Shown here in pieces: positions 8,225-17,814 of a stretch of DNA of 56,002 bases. Numbering within the stretch: the first letter of the stretch is position 1; every line of letters starts with the position of its first letter. The stretch is from a virus. Lineage: Duplodnaviria > Caudoviricetes. The notes under the pieces were generated by a model. It was not told where the DNA came from. It was given only the letters and a program-made list of their open reading frames with translations, and searched no databases. The position numbers were made by a program, and so were the translations under genes. The DNA lies in IMG/VR virus record IMGVR_UViG_3300025128_000003, positions 1 to 56,002 of that record. One strand, given 5' to 3'.

Positions 8225-9184
8225 TTACGATCCACCAGCGTTACCGAAGTAACCTCTCCAATCAGACCAACCAAAGCTATAACGCTCTCTGGCCTTGAAG
8301 CGAAGATTACCAGTATCGAAGTCTGGCTCCATCTTCGTCTGAAGTGGCGCTCTAACAAACATCTTAGGTCCGTTAGGAACATTCGTTCTAACAAACCAAG
8401 CATCAGTGTCCGTAAAGCGACGATTGATAAAGCAACCCTTCGGAAGCATCGACATACTCTGAATCGAGTTGACATCGTTCCATCCTGACGGGTTGGTAGC
8501 GGCTTGTGATCCACCAAGAGCGGAAACCGTACCAGACGCAGGAATCAGGGTTGAATTAAGTAGAGAGTTCGACGTTGCCCAGTTATCTGGCGCAACATGC
8601 AGTGAAACTCCCGAACCACCTACAAGAATGCCTCTATCATCCGTAATCTTTTGAATGGCAGTAAGGCCAGCTTCCAACGAAGCAAACGAAAGGTCTGCAG
8701 CAGTTAGGAGGTTGGACTGAGTGCCATCGACAGTCGGATGGGCATTACTGAAAAGAGGCTCACCGTCGCCGCCATGATAGGCAGCAGCATCAGTGAAACC
8801 GTTGTTGAAGATATCAGCAGCTTTAACCTGCTTCGTATTACCCATTGCTCTCGCAAGAGCTTTAGCTCTCAACTTAGCAAAGGTGTCATACAAATTATCT
8901 TCCATAGCTTCTTCCGTTACCGCAAAGGCAAGGGAAATCGTTTCGTTGACATAACGAGCAACATAACTTTCACTTGCTTCATCGTAAGTAACTGCAGCAC
9001 CTTCACCCTTCACAGGTGCAGTGCCGAAGCCTGTGAACAGAACTTCTTCTTCAAAAGCTCTGTCTGAGTTTTCAACCTCAAAAAGAGGTTCATGCTCATT
9101 ATCGACTTCTCCATATTCTAGTCCAAATACAGCATTCAGACCGGGGAGAAGTTCTTTTGCAATACTAGCTCTATTAATAGCCAT
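8225..9184 (-). CDS. Major capsid protein
   Basis: MAINRASIAKELLPGLNAVFGLEY N-terminus; SDRAFEEEV; DFDTGNLRFKARERYSFGWSDWRG C-terminus; followed by terminator. Confidence 0.9.
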   Translation of the reverse strand: MAINRASIAKELLPGLNAVFGLEYGEVDNEHEPLFEVENSDRAFEEEVLFTGFGTAPVKGEGAAVTYDEASESYVARYVNETISLAFAVTEEAMEDNLYDTFAKLRAKALARAMGNTKQVKAADIFNNGFTDAAAYHGGDGEPLFSNAHPTVDGTQSNLLTAADLSFASLEAGLTAIQKITDDRGILVGGSGVSLHVAPDNWATSNSLLNSTLIPASGTVSALGGSQAATNPSGWNDVNSIQSMSMLPKGCFINRRFTDTDAWFVRTNVPNGPKMFVRAPLQTKMEPDFDTGNLRFKARERYSFGWSDWRGYFGNAGGS

Positions 9185-9200
9185 GATTCAAACTCCCCTA

Positions 9201-9782
9201 TTAAATGCCTGATGGTGAGGACAACTTAGCGTCCACATGCTTAACGATACGAACTTCCAGAACTGGGAAGGCTCTTTCCGTAGCAATAGTAATATCATTG
9301 CCCGGCTCATCAAGAACACCAATAGCTCTTACAGGAAGAATAGTGGTATTTCTTGTAGCCGCTTTAACACCAAAACCAGACTGTCCGGTAAAAGTGCTAC
9401 CCGTTCCAAGAGTAAGACCGAAGTTCACCGTATTAATATCCCCCGAAGATACCGAAGCATCTGCTTGAATAAAATAGGTGGACGATGGACTCGTATCAAC
9501 AAAAGCTTTAATATCAGTAGCACTCGTATTAGCGGGCCAATACTTGCTATATTTGGGTTCCCCGTTCGCTACATAGTGGCACCCCATGAAAACACCGTCA
9601 GCAAAGTCGGCGTCTGCAGAGACAGGTTCTACATTTCCAAGGCTCGTCTTGATTAGATCACCACAGAACATGCTTCTTGCATCACCAGATGCAATCGGCA
9701 GTTCATCGAAACCTGTGGAGTTAGTACCAGAACCACGTTTGCGGGCAGGAAGGAAACCTCTAAGGTTTTTAGTAGTAGACAT
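9201..9782 (-). CDS. Capsid decoration/cement-like protein
   Basis: Directly upstream of capsid; GVFMGC.Y and F.IQAD motifs. Confidence 0.6.
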   Translation of the reverse strand: MSTTKNLRGFLPARKRGSGTNSTGFDELPIASGDARSMFCGDLIKTSLGNVEPVSADADFADGVFMGCHYVANGEPKYSKYWPANTSATDIKAFVDTSPSSTYFIQADASVSSGDINTVNFGLTLGTGSTFTGQSGFGVKAATRNTTILPVRAIGVLDEPGNDITIATERAFPVLEVRIVKHVDAKLSSPSGI

Positions 9783-9821
9783 AATGTCACTCCTCTCTGA
9801 TTATCCCATGACCCACACTAA

Positions 9822-10319
9822 CTATTCTTGGAAGTTTGGTCTTCGCCCTCTAGTTACTGTGGACCTACTGTTATTACTAATAGGCATTCTAGAATCAGAG
9901 GCATTCTCCAGTTGTGCATTAACTGCATTCATCAACTGCTGACTCTTATTCTCATAATACCTTTTACGAGCTTCTAGCTTACCTGTTGGCATCTTAGCCA
10001 ACGCTAAATCCCCACGACAGACTGTTCCGCTATATCGCCCATTCTCCTGTACGACTGAAGATATTGCCATCTCTGGAACTTCTTCTGGAGTAACCCATGT
10101 CCATCCTTCTGCCATTTTCTTACCAACATTCTGGTAGTCATCTGCGCCTTTTAGATGTATACGAATCCAACGTAGTGACATTCCTTCGTTTGCCATTCTA
10201 TTCATGACTTGATCTGGAATGTCTAGCGCATTAGGCTCTTCATATGTCCATTCGGTTTCTTCTCTAGTTTTCTGTTCTCTTGTACTGGCTGAACGTACCT
10301 CGCTCTTCCGTGTGTTCAT
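9822..10319 (-). CDS. Conserved head-module protein
   Basis: RWIR...EGW..V...GDLALAK motif between scaffold and capsid. Confidence 0.6.
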   Translation of the reverse strand: MNTRKSEVRSASTREQKTREETEWTYEEPNALDIPDQVMNRMANEGMSLRWIRIHLKGADDYQNVGKKMAEGWTWVTPEEVPEMAISSVVQENGRYSGTVCRGDLALAKMPTGKLEARKRYYENKSQQLMNAVNAQLENASDSRMPISNNSRSTVTRGRRPNFQE

Positions 10320-10322
10320 GTC

Positions 10323-11294
10323 TTAACTCCCTCGGCCAAATGTTATGTCTGTGTAATCACCATCTGAACTATCAACTTTTAATTTTTCAGCGGCATATAC
10401 TTCAAGTGGAATATTCCATTTATTTGCAAGTCGAACATCTTCTTGTGAAAGTTTAATCTTCTTGCTAGATGTTGCTGGCGACCGGGAAGCTCCAGCGACC
10501 ACTTGAGCAGCAGGTGCCGTCTGCTGCGAACGATTATCTTCACTCACCTCTTGGTCAGTAAACTTGTGTGGAAATTCAGTTCGTAGTCTACGATTAATTT
10601 CCGTATAAAAATCTTCTTCGTCAGGATCGTATCCCATTTGCTTTAGCTCTGCATCAATAGCAAGGGCTGAAGCTGTCATAACACTATCCTTACCAAACCA
10701 TTCATTTTCTGCCGCCCATTCTTCTGCTCTAGGATCAGGAGTTCTTTGAGCGGGTTGTTGCTGTTGTGGTTGTTCTGCTTGTTTCTTAGCTTCTTCTTCT
10801 TTTGCTTTAGTATAATTATCTAGAGCAGCTTTTTGCTTACTCAAGTTATCTAAATCAAGTTGACTTCTTTGAAGAACTTCTAGTGTTTGAAGAACTTTTT
10901 CTCCGTCACCAGAATTATAAGCATCTAGATATGCAGACTTAGCCAACGCAACTTTATCATTTAACTGTTGCTCACTCATATTTGTAGTTGTTTTTTGAGT
11001 GTCAACAAAACTTTGTTCTTGGCTCGAAAGTCTTTCTTGTAGTTCTTTCTTTTCTTGTAGCAAAGCCTCTATTTGTTCTTCTCGTTCTTTACGCTGCTTT
11101 ACTAATTGCCTAATTCTTTTTTGTGCGCCATTCGTTTCAATACCGTCAAGCTCTTTTATTTCTTCTTTCTTAGGAGCTTCTGCTTTAACTTCAGGCTCTG
11201 CTTGTTTTGCAGGAGGTGGAGTATCTTCTTCAATTTCATACTCTACCTTTTCTGGGATAGTAACGTCACCCCATTCGTCATTATTTTCTTCCAT
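10323..11294 (-). CDS. Capsid scaffolding protein
   Basis: Acidic coiled coil; QKRI.QL, PDPRA..WA..N.WFG, C-terminal LSQED..LA....IPLE.YA. Confidence 0.75.
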   Translation of the reverse strand: MEENNDEWGDVTIPEKVEYEIEEDTPPPAKQAEPEVKAEAPKKEEIKELDGIETNGAQKRIRQLVKQRKEREEQIEALLQEKKELQERLSSQEQSFVDTQKTTTNMSEQQLNDKVALAKSAYLDAYNSGDGEKVLQTLEVLQRSQLDLDNLSKQKAALDNYTKAKEEEAKKQAEQPQQQQPAQRTPDPRAEEWAAENEWFGKDSVMTASALAIDAELKQMGYDPDEEDFYTEINRRLRTEFPHKFTDQEVSEDNRSQQTAPAAQVVAGASRSPATSSKKIKLSQEDVRLANKWNIPLEVYAAEKLKVDSSDGDYTDITFGRGS

Positions 11295-11346
11295 TTACTT
11301 TCTTTCCTTTCGGCTGATTCGACACAGACGTTTTACGAATAACTAT

Positions 11347-11375
11347 ATTATACACTATTTTTTGCGTTTAGGCAA
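11347..11375 (-). promoter_or_regulatory. Sigma70-type promoter for scaffold/capsid genes
   Basis: TTGCCT-N17-TATAAT on minus strand. Confidence 0.7.
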
Positions 11376-11379
11376 CCCC

Positions 11380-11802
11380 TTAGTTAGATAAATTAAATGT
11401 AGGGTCTAAATCCTTTGGGTTTTCTACCTTTAGCATAATTTGATCGTCATACAAAAGAATAAGCTTTACTCCTTTATAAATCATTTTTACACCAGCATGC
11501 TTACCATAACACACATAGTCACCCGGCTCACACCAAGCACCTGTAGAAAACTTTTCTTTATCTTCGTAGGCAAGCTCACCCACAGCCAAAACTTTACCTA
11601 CCGTAGTAAGATATGTCATATCATCTACTGTAGAGTCAGGCAAAAGAATACCACCCTTTGTTTTTGATTTAATAGATACTGGACGAATTAAAATATTAAA
11701 ACCGGGAATTGTAGGTAGAGGTGAGGGATCAGCTACATCATCTTCATTGCCGCTAATCCATTGATCATTTTTAATTGCTTTATTCAAAGCAGCTTGCTGC
11801 AT
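11380..11802 (-). CDS. groES: GroES-like co-chaperonin
   Basis: ILIRP...KTKGGILLPD...GKVLAVG...GDYV.YGK.AG...LLYDDQI Cpn10 pattern. Confidence 0.85.
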   Translation of the reverse strand: MQQAALNKAIKNDQWISGNEDDVADPSPLPTIPGFNILIRPVSIKSKTKGGILLPDSTVDDMTYLTTVGKVLAVGELAYEDKEKFSTGAWCEPGDYVCYGKHAGVKMIYKGVKLILLYDDQIMLKVENPKDLDPTFNLSN

Positions 11803-11804
11803 GG

Positions 11805-11999
11805 TTATTCTCCTTCTTCATCATGATATCTTGTTTTTACAATTTTGGTTAAATCATTTCTGGCCCATGCTAACCCTTGATAAAACCCTACTAATTCCCT
11901 ATAACTTGCGTAGTCGCTAACTCCATTTTCTGCTAGGTTTGTCTTTATATGATCCATCTGTTCATTTAAAGATACTACAATTTCGTCCCATAAATTCAT
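11805..11999 (-). CDS. Small conserved hypothetical protein
   Basis: Likely start MNLWDEIV at 11999; DY..YR..VG..QGL motif. Confidence 0.6.
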   Translation of the reverse strand: MNLWDEIVVSLNEQMDHIKTNLAENGVSDYASYRELVGFYQGLAWARNDLTKIVKTRYHDEEGE

Positions 12000-12106
12000 T
12001 AGAAAATTACAGCCCCTACTATAACACCAATAATTGCAGCACAAATTGTTTTAATACAAATACTACATTTACATTTTCCAAACATAGATTTTATTTTTTC
12101 TTTCAT
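11999..12106 (-). CDS. 35-aa membrane peptide MKEKIKSMFGKCKCSICIKTICAAIIGVIVGAVIF
   Basis: Manual translation; AGGAG RBS; TAATG coupling to the next gene. Confidence 0.6.
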   Translation of the reverse strand: MKEKIKSMFGKCKCSICIKTICAAIIGVIVGAVIF

Positions 12107-12107
12107 A

Positions 12108-14666
12108 CTACTCTCCTTTACTTATAGCAGTTTCAATAACTTTCATTAAAGCTCTTAATCCTTCTATATTTTCTGTAGATTCTCTTCCTTCTGATATCTG
12201 TGTTAGTTTACCAAGAAGGTCCATAGCTTTTAGTTGTTGAGCATTTTGTAGTCGAGCTTCTTCAGTTGCAGCATCTACAAGAGTATCTACAGCTTTCATT
12301 GTTTGTTTATTAATTCTGTCTTTTTCTTTTTCTTCAGATTTAATTAATTGTTGCTGTCCATCTTGTATTGCTTTAAGTGCAACTTCTGTTTCTTCAATGT
12401 CAAGTTCTCTATTTTTAAGAGAAGCCTCTGAAGCATTCTTCATAGTATCAAGTTGAAGTTTTTGTTGTTCAATCTGCAATCTTGCTTTTTCAAGATCAAC
12501 CATTTGTGCTTCAGGACTTTGTTGCTGACCCATAGCTTGGTTAGCATTTTGAACTTGAGATGCCGCTTGAGCCATAGCAACTTCCATAATATTAGGCATT
12601 TGTTGTTGCTCTGGTGGCAGGTTACCCACAATATTTTGTGCAACTCCAGTTACCTGCTCTTGATACTTCATAATAATATGTTCTTGAATATTTGATTGCA
12701 ACACAGGTACAACTCGTTGCATTGCTGGATTCTTTCCATTCATTGGGTCTTGCAGGAAAGCCATCTTTACTTGAATATGAGCATCATGATTTTGACCGGG
12801 GAAAGCTGCAATTGGTAGTCCTCTTGTAGCTGCCGCAATATCAGATAAAGGGTCAAGCGGTTTAGGTTCTTTCTTAGGAGGTAATATTTGATCTAGATTT
12901 GGCATATTTGCCGCATCAAGAATTGTTCTGTTTAGTGCTTCTAGGTTGAACATACCGGGAGGAGATTGCTGGGCTAATTGTAGTGCCATCTGAGCCAACA
13001 TCATCCGGTGAGCATTTGACGGGATGTTTGGATCACTAACAGGAATAACATCTATTCTACCATCAAAATCTCTTTTGAGAATTTTCTGGGACATGCCCGG
13101 TACATCAAAAGGATATTCATTTGGCAAATAGTCGTAGTTTATTTTTGCTAGTATCTTAAACTCATCTTTCTGAGACTTGTGAAGTCTTTTGTGGATTGCA
13201 CTAAAGAACTTACTAGACGCTTCAAGAAGAGCCATCGTTGTACCCACAGGCCCATATGAAGAAGCATCTGATACAACCTGTTCGGTACTATCAGCAAACT
13301 TCTGTCCTGTGGCTGTAACAAAGTTTAGCATCTGGAACAGGGTCGAGGAAGGCTCCTTATATGGCAAAGGAACAATAGACTTAGAAAGGTCCATACCAGT
13401 TGCTTCAACTTCTTTGAACTCGCCCGGTGCAATTGGATCGTTATCACCAACAATCCTCACACCCTTTGCTTTAAATCCTCCCGGTAAGTTCGAGAACTGA
13501 CCCGCATCAACCAAGGCTCTCATAGCTGCAGTTGCAGTCAGTGTAAGATTGCCAAGGAAATGGATCAGCCCTAACCCATAGAAACCAAAGCCCGGTACAA
13601 AGCGATAATGCACAAAATGCATAATCTTTTCTCTTGTAGGATCATCAGGTCGATAGTTTCTACGAATACTTAGTATCTGACGAGACTGCTCTTCAACAGT
13701 AACAATATAAGGAAGAGCAACACCTTCAGAATATTCTGGATCAGACTCAAGTTCTAAATAACAATGTTGTTCAAGCAAAACATATTGTGGATCATCTTCA
13801 CCTGTTTGGGACATTCCCATAACAGTATCAATCTTAGATGATATAGGTGTAGGACTTGGGACATATGCATCTGGCAACTCAATATCCAAATACATTCCAG
13901 AACGAATCTCTCTCATTAAATCATGCGGACTTCTATAAATAATATGAGTGTATCTATCTGCTTTTCTTAGATCACTAGCATAGTATGATACATAGAATTG
14001 ATCAATAGGAACAAACTCTGCTACAGGTCTTTCAAGTGATGCATCATAGTAAACTTTTTTAAATGCGGACCCAATCAACGGCAGATGGAACAACATCCGC
14101 TCAAACTCATCAAAGTATTCAGGCATTTGCTCTGTAAGCTGATAGTTCATAAACTCTTGAACTCTTTGAGCCTGTTGATCTTTTTGAAAGTTACTTGTTC
14201 CTAGAACTTGAGACTTAACTGGTCCTGCAGGTGGGAACAATTCAGAAATAGCTTTTGATTGAAACTTAACAGCAGACTCTACCAACAAAGGATGCACAGC
14301 AGTACAGGCACCCTCAAATGGTTCTGATGTATCTTCAAGCTTTAATCCAAGAAGATCAAAGCCTCTTTCAAACATTGATTCCCATTCTGATCTTGAATTT
14401 AAATCAGCATCATATCTATCATATACACCTTCAGCTATTCTTACTAAGTCAAAATCTTCTATATCTTCTGCAAGATTTTCAAACCATTCTTTAATATCTG
14501 TCTTTTCTTCATATTCAAATTCATTTTCAAAACTAACAACAACACCACCATCCTCTTCAATATCAAAGGATACTGTTTCACCAATTTCAATATTGGCTCC
14601 CTGATCTGGTATCTGAATAACTTCAGCAGATGGTATCTTATCGTATGGATTTCTTTCAGTCGCCAT
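12108..14666 (-). CDS. Portal protein with long C-terminal coiled coil
   Basis: 852 aa; SR.EWE, PFEGAC...HPLL.ES.VKFQ, GSAFKKVYYD, PGFGFYGLGL motifs; next to TerL. Confidence 0.88.
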   Translation of the reverse strand: MATERNPYDKIPSAEVIQIPDQGANIEIGETVSFDIEEDGGVVVSFENEFEYEEKTDIKEWFENLAEDIEDFDLVRIAEGVYDRYDADLNSRSEWESMFERGFDLLGLKLEDTSEPFEGACTAVHPLLVESAVKFQSKAISELFPPAGPVKSQVLGTSNFQKDQQAQRVQEFMNYQLTEQMPEYFDEFERMLFHLPLIGSAFKKVYYDASLERPVAEFVPIDQFYVSYYASDLRKADRYTHIIYRSPHDLMREIRSGMYLDIELPDAYVPSPTPISSKIDTVMGMSQTGEDDPQYVLLEQHCYLELESDPEYSEGVALPYIVTVEEQSRQILSIRRNYRPDDPTREKIMHFVHYRFVPGFGFYGLGLIHFLGNLTLTATAAMRALVDAGQFSNLPGGFKAKGVRIVGDNDPIAPGEFKEVEATGMDLSKSIVPLPYKEPSSTLFQMLNFVTATGQKFADSTEQVVSDASSYGPVGTTMALLEASSKFFSAIHKRLHKSQKDEFKILAKINYDYLPNEYPFDVPGMSQKILKRDFDGRIDVIPVSDPNIPSNAHRMMLAQMALQLAQQSPPGMFNLEALNRTILDAANMPNLDQILPPKKEPKPLDPLSDIAAATRGLPIAAFPGQNHDAHIQVKMAFLQDPMNGKNPAMQRVVPVLQSNIQEHIIMKYQEQVTGVAQNIVGNLPPEQQQMPNIMEVAMAQAASQVQNANQAMGQQQSPEAQMVDLEKARLQIEQQKLQLDTMKNASEASLKNRELDIEETEVALKAIQDGQQQLIKSEEKEKDRINKQTMKAVDTLVDAATEEARLQNAQQLKAMDLLGKLTQISEGRESTENIEGLRALMKVIETAISKGE

Positions 14667-14844
14667 TTTTATAAGTATCCTTAAACTTTAAATAGATATG
14701 TTGTGATAAATCTTTTGCATATTTATTCCATCTACCCCTACACATTTCAGATATGGAACAAGTACAGTCTTTCTTTTTACATCGATAATCTTCATATTTG
14801 GGTCGGATTAAAGAATAATTAATATTATTTTCAAATTGAAACAT
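14656..14844 (-). CDS. Small Cys-rich protein, probably leaderless
   Basis: CKKKDCTC..C; ATG follows a TATAAT -10 box after 6 nt. Confidence 0.55.
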   Translation of the reverse strand: MFQFENNINYSLIRPKYEDYRCKKKDCTCSISEMCRGRWNKYAKDLSQHIYLKFKDTYKNGD

Positions 14845-14850
14845 GGCACT

Positions 14851-14879
14851 ATTATATCACTAAAAATCTCTTTATGCAA
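14851..14879 (-). promoter_or_regulatory. Sigma70-type promoter upstream of the portal operon
   Basis: TTGCAT-N17-TATAAT with extended TG. Confidence 0.7.
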
Positions 14880-14934
14880 CCCTTATCTTGAAATAAATAC
14901 ATAATCAGCTACAGTTGTACCCGCTAACTCTATA

Positions 14935-16500
14935 TTAAGTCCTCCAATATCCTACTCTTTTTTGACGCCGGGGGTTTACATCATCTTCCCAGTTTGGATC
15001 ATCTGGATGTCCTAGCCGCCATGACTCCTTCATGTAATGCACAGCCATAACAAGAGCATCTACTTGGTCATCATGACGCCCATGCGGAAATGTAATAAGT
15101 TCCTCCATTAATTCGTCTGCCCATCGCTTATTAGATGGTAGCCAAACTCGTCCAGACTCCAGCATAGGACTAGCTGCATACACTCTAGATACCTTGTCCT
15201 TATCTGGTGTGTACTCCATTACAGGCAAACCACTACGTCTTAAATCCTGTATCAGAGATTGACCACTTGCTTTCTTTTCAATAATACAAACATCAGGTCT
15301 GTACTCATTATATAGTTCCTGTGATATCCTTCTCAAATCAGGATATTCAAACTTACCTCTTGTACTTCCTAACAAAATAAGATTACTTCCCCAAAGCTCC
15401 CGCCCATCATAGTCTTCTTCAGGCATGTCAAATATTCCCCATGTCTGAATAACTGTGAAGTCAGCAGTTGTCTTTGTAGAAAAGGCTGTATCAAATGTTT
15501 GAATAATAAAGTCACAGGACGGCGGGTCATCATAATCCCACCGTTCAACCCACCTCTTTTTTATAATCCCACCTTCTTCTGGTGTAGGATTCTGCATATA
15601 TAATGATTCCCAATACCTTGAACCATTGCTTGCAATAATCTCTTCTTCATCTACTCGTAATACTTCGTCGGGTTTCCATTCAGGAAAATAAGAACTACCT
15701 ACAGGTAAATCAAGTAACTCTGAAGCTTCTTCGTCAATCCAAGCAGGTATCTTTACAACCTCCCAAGGATATGTACTTTCCATATCCATTACTTCTTCCT
15801 GCTTCAGTAACCATCCACATAAATCATCATGATGGTATCTTGTGTTAATAATCACTATAGAACCACCGGGCATAATACGAGTACGCAAACCAGCAGGATA
15901 CCATTCTTTAATATACCTACGACCAGCTTCTGAAAAGCTGTCCTCTTCCGACATAGCATCATCCAAGATTGCTATATGCGCTCCCCGTCCTGCAATCTGT
16001 GATCGAACACCAGCAGCATAGTATGTACCATTAAGATTTGTTTTCCATTTACCCGCCGCCCGTACATCACTCCGTAATGTAACACCGGGAAAAATATCTT
16101 GGAACTGTTCTGTGTTTACAATATCTCTTACAGACCTACCGAAGTCTGAGGCAAGTTGATCACTATGAGATATCGTCAGTATCTCATGTTGAGGATTATT
16201 ACCTATATACCATGCTGGAAATATCTTGGAACAAATGACTGACTTGCTACTACGAGGTGGTAAAAAGACCATTAACCTTTTGATCTCACCATCCTGAACC
16301 TTTTGAAGTTTGTCAGAGAGAATTTTAATATGTCTCCCCATCTTCCAATCAGACACAACTGTAGGGGCAACAAGACGAACAAAGGAAATAAAGTCCATCT
16401 TACTTGTTTGTAACACAAGATCATCTAGAAATGTACTTAGTGTCGCTAGTGTATCTATAGAGTTCTCTATAGATTCTTCCATACCTTCTTCTAAACTCAT
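14935..16500 (-). CDS. terL: Terminase large subunit
   Basis: PPRSSKS Walker A-like, AGRGAH.AILDD Walker B, TRYH.DDL, DTAFS, IEKKASG, FPHGRHDDQVDA nuclease motif. Confidence 0.93.
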   Translation of the reverse strand: MSLEEGMEESIENSIDTLATLSTFLDDLVLQTSKMDFISFVRLVAPTVVSDWKMGRHIKILSDKLQKVQDGEIKRLMVFLPPRSSKSVICSKIFPAWYIGNNPQHEILTISHSDQLASDFGRSVRDIVNTEQFQDIFPGVTLRSDVRAAGKWKTNLNGTYYAAGVRSQIAGRGAHIAILDDAMSEEDSFSEAGRRYIKEWYPAGLRTRIMPGGSIVIINTRYHHDDLCGWLLKQEEVMDMESTYPWEVVKIPAWIDEEASELLDLPVGSSYFPEWKPDEVLRVDEEEIIASNGSRYWESLYMQNPTPEEGGIIKKRWVERWDYDDPPSCDFIIQTFDTAFSTKTTADFTVIQTWGIFDMPEEDYDGRELWGSNLILLGSTRGKFEYPDLRRISQELYNEYRPDVCIIEKKASGQSLIQDLRRSGLPVMEYTPDKDKVSRVYAASPMLESGRVWLPSNKRWADELMEELITFPHGRHDDQVDALVMAVHYMKESWRLGHPDDPNWEDDVNPRRQKRVGYWRT

Positions 16501-16590
16501 ATTTAACCTTTTGTTATTGTTATTAAAATTAATTATTAAAGTTATTATTTAAAATATGTTTGTTCTGTTTCTCTGTAATCTGTATAGACT

Positions 16591-16619
16591 ATTATACACT
16601 ATTTTTAAATACTATGCAA
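16591..16619 (-). promoter_or_regulatory. Sigma70-type promoter upstream of terL
   Basis: TTGCAT-N17-TATAAT. Confidence 0.7.
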
Positions 16620-16644
16620 GCCCCCGATTAAAAAAAATTATAGG

Positions 16645-16988
16645 TGTGATATTAATGCAACAATATCCTTGATGAGTTACCTTGGTATTTTTGGTAAATA
16701 TTTGAGGGGTCTGTTTTATATATATACACATGCATGCGTTTTTGCGGGTGGGGGTCTACAAAGTCTTTTAGACTTTGACAGTCTGGCAAAAAAGAATGCT
16801 TTTTCTTTGAAAAAAACTACAAAGTTCTCTGTAAATCTGTAAGATTTAGCTTGACTGTGACATTTTAGTCATAGACTAAGAGTTTATTTATTACTCTCTA
16901 CTTAGCTTTCTTTGAAAGCAGAGAGTGATAAATAACTTATAAAACAATAGGTTATCGACAATCTGTTTGGTGTGACATTTATGTCACT
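16645..16988. repeat. Three imperfect 18-bp palindromes (putative operator sites) in the divergent intergenic region
   Basis: TGTGATATTAATGCAACA (16645), TGTGACATTTTAGTCATA (16856), TGTGACATTTATGTCACT (16971). Confidence 0.55.
16884..16935 (+). repeat. Bulged hairpin element 1 (ACTTA-bulge class)
   Basis: TTATTTATTACTCTCT-ACTTA-GCTTTC-TTT-GAAAGC-AGAGAGTGATAAATAA. Confidence 0.75.
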
Positions 16989-17041
16989 GCTGATGAAAAT
17001 CGACCAGCCCTTGATGAAGGGCTTGACAAGCTATGATGAAC

Positions 17042-17093
17042 TAATTAATAATCTTCTTAGTGAGTTCTTACGAACTAAGAAGATGATTAATTA
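17042..17093 (+). repeat. Bulged hairpin element 2
   Basis: TAATTAAT-A-ATCTTCTTA-GTGA-GTTC-TTAC-GAAC-TAAGAAGAT-G-ATTAATTA. Confidence 0.9.
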
Positions 17094-17108
17094 AACTGGA
17101 GAAACACA

Positions 17109-17288
17109 ATGAAAGCAATAGCTTTATTTGGATTTATGGTATCAACTATGTTGTTCCTACTCTGCATGCTGAAGGTAGCCACCGAAGGTGTTTTGTTTGG
17201 TTGGATTGTGATGGATATCACATTCCTGACAGTAATCCCCCTTTCGGCCATTTGGTTTTTAGTTCATGCCTGTGAGCCGAGAAACTAA
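17109..17288 (+). CDS. 59-aa two-TM early membrane protein
   Basis: Manual translation MKAIALFGFMVSTMLFLLCMLKV...; GGAG RBS; stop is the first TAA of element 3. Confidence 0.7.
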   Translation: MKAIALFGFMVSTMLFLLCMLKVATEGVLFGWIVMDITFLTVIPLSAIWFLVHACEPRN

Positions 17289-17338
17289 TTAATAATCTTA
17301 TAGTAGAGTATCTTACGATACTATAAGATGATTAATTA
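17286..17338 (+). repeat. Bulged hairpin element 3
   Basis: TAATTAAT-A-ATCTTATA-GTAGA-GTATC-TTAC-GATAC-TATAAGAT-G-ATTAATTA. Confidence 0.9.
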
Positions 17339-17353
17339 AAACTGGAGGTTGAG

Positions 17354-17521
17354 ATGAGTAAAATTGAATTGTTGAATGCCGAGTTTGCTGACCTTGATGT
17401 GACCGTTTCGGTCAGTGCTGGTGGTGGCGGGTTTGATATCTTTGAGAACTCCACTGGCAATCACATCACAACTTGTTGTGATTTGCAGGAAGTGGAAGCG
17501 ACCTTAGATGGTTGCTTCTGA
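17354..17521 (+). CDS. 55-aa acidic early protein
   Basis: Manual translation MSKIELLNAEFADLDVTVSV...; GGAGG RBS. Confidence 0.7.
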   Translation: MSKIELLNAEFADLDVTVSVSAGGGGFDIFENSTGNHITTCCDLQEVEATLDGCF

Positions 17522-17524
17522 GGT

Positions 17525-17576
17525 TAATTAATATCCTACAGGGTAAGTTCTTACGAACCCTGTAGGGTATTAATTA
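17525..17576 (+). repeat. Bulged hairpin element 4
   Basis: TAATTAATATCCTACAGG-GTAA-GTTC-TTAC-GAAC-CCTGTAGGGTATTAATTA. Confidence 0.9.
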
Positions 17577-17605
17577 TCTTAACCAGCCAACAAAGGAGAT
17601 GTCTA

Positions 17606-17731
17606 ATGATTAAGAACATGGTGTGCGATCTTATTGACTTTGCAAAGACAGGTCAAAGTGACCTGTTGGTTTGTTCACTCAACCACTATCGGTTGCCATG
17701 TCCAAAATGGTTGTTGAAATTCTGCGGGTAA
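17606..17731 (+). CDS. 41-aa Cys-containing early peptide
   Basis: Manual translation MIKNMVCDLIDFAKTGQSDLLVCSLNHYRLPCPKWLLKFCG; AAGGAG RBS; stop is the first TAA of element 5. Confidence 0.6.
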   Translation: MIKNMVCDLIDFAKTGQSDLLVCSLNHYRLPCPKWLLKFCG

Positions 17732-17781
17732 TTAATAATATCCCTGTAGAGTATCTTGCGATACAGGGATATGATTAATTA
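17729..17781 (+). repeat. Bulged hairpin element 5
   Basis: TAATTAAT-A-ATATCCCT-GTAGA-GTATC-TTGC-GATAC-AGGGATAT-G-ATTAATTA. Confidence 0.9.
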
Positions 17782-17814
17782 TCTTTTACCAACCGCCAAC
17801 GATAGGAGAATATC

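Noticed and set aside
8170-8517. Alternate-frame ORF overlapping the capsid 3' end as a programmed frameshift extension
   Set aside because: It extends only ~55 nt past the capsid stop, runs through the terminator hairpin, and I could not identify a slippery site
608-16552. Plus-strand ORFs opposite the structural genes (e.g. 1799..2371, 2579..2920, 6581..7036, 9237..9656, 10999..11391, 13189..13500)
   Set aside because: Antisense shadows of well-supported minus-strand genes, without RBSs or recognisable motifs
16989-17040. Hammerhead ribozyme (CTGATGA core)
   Set aside because: No stem II followed by GAAA and no compatible stem III/UH site
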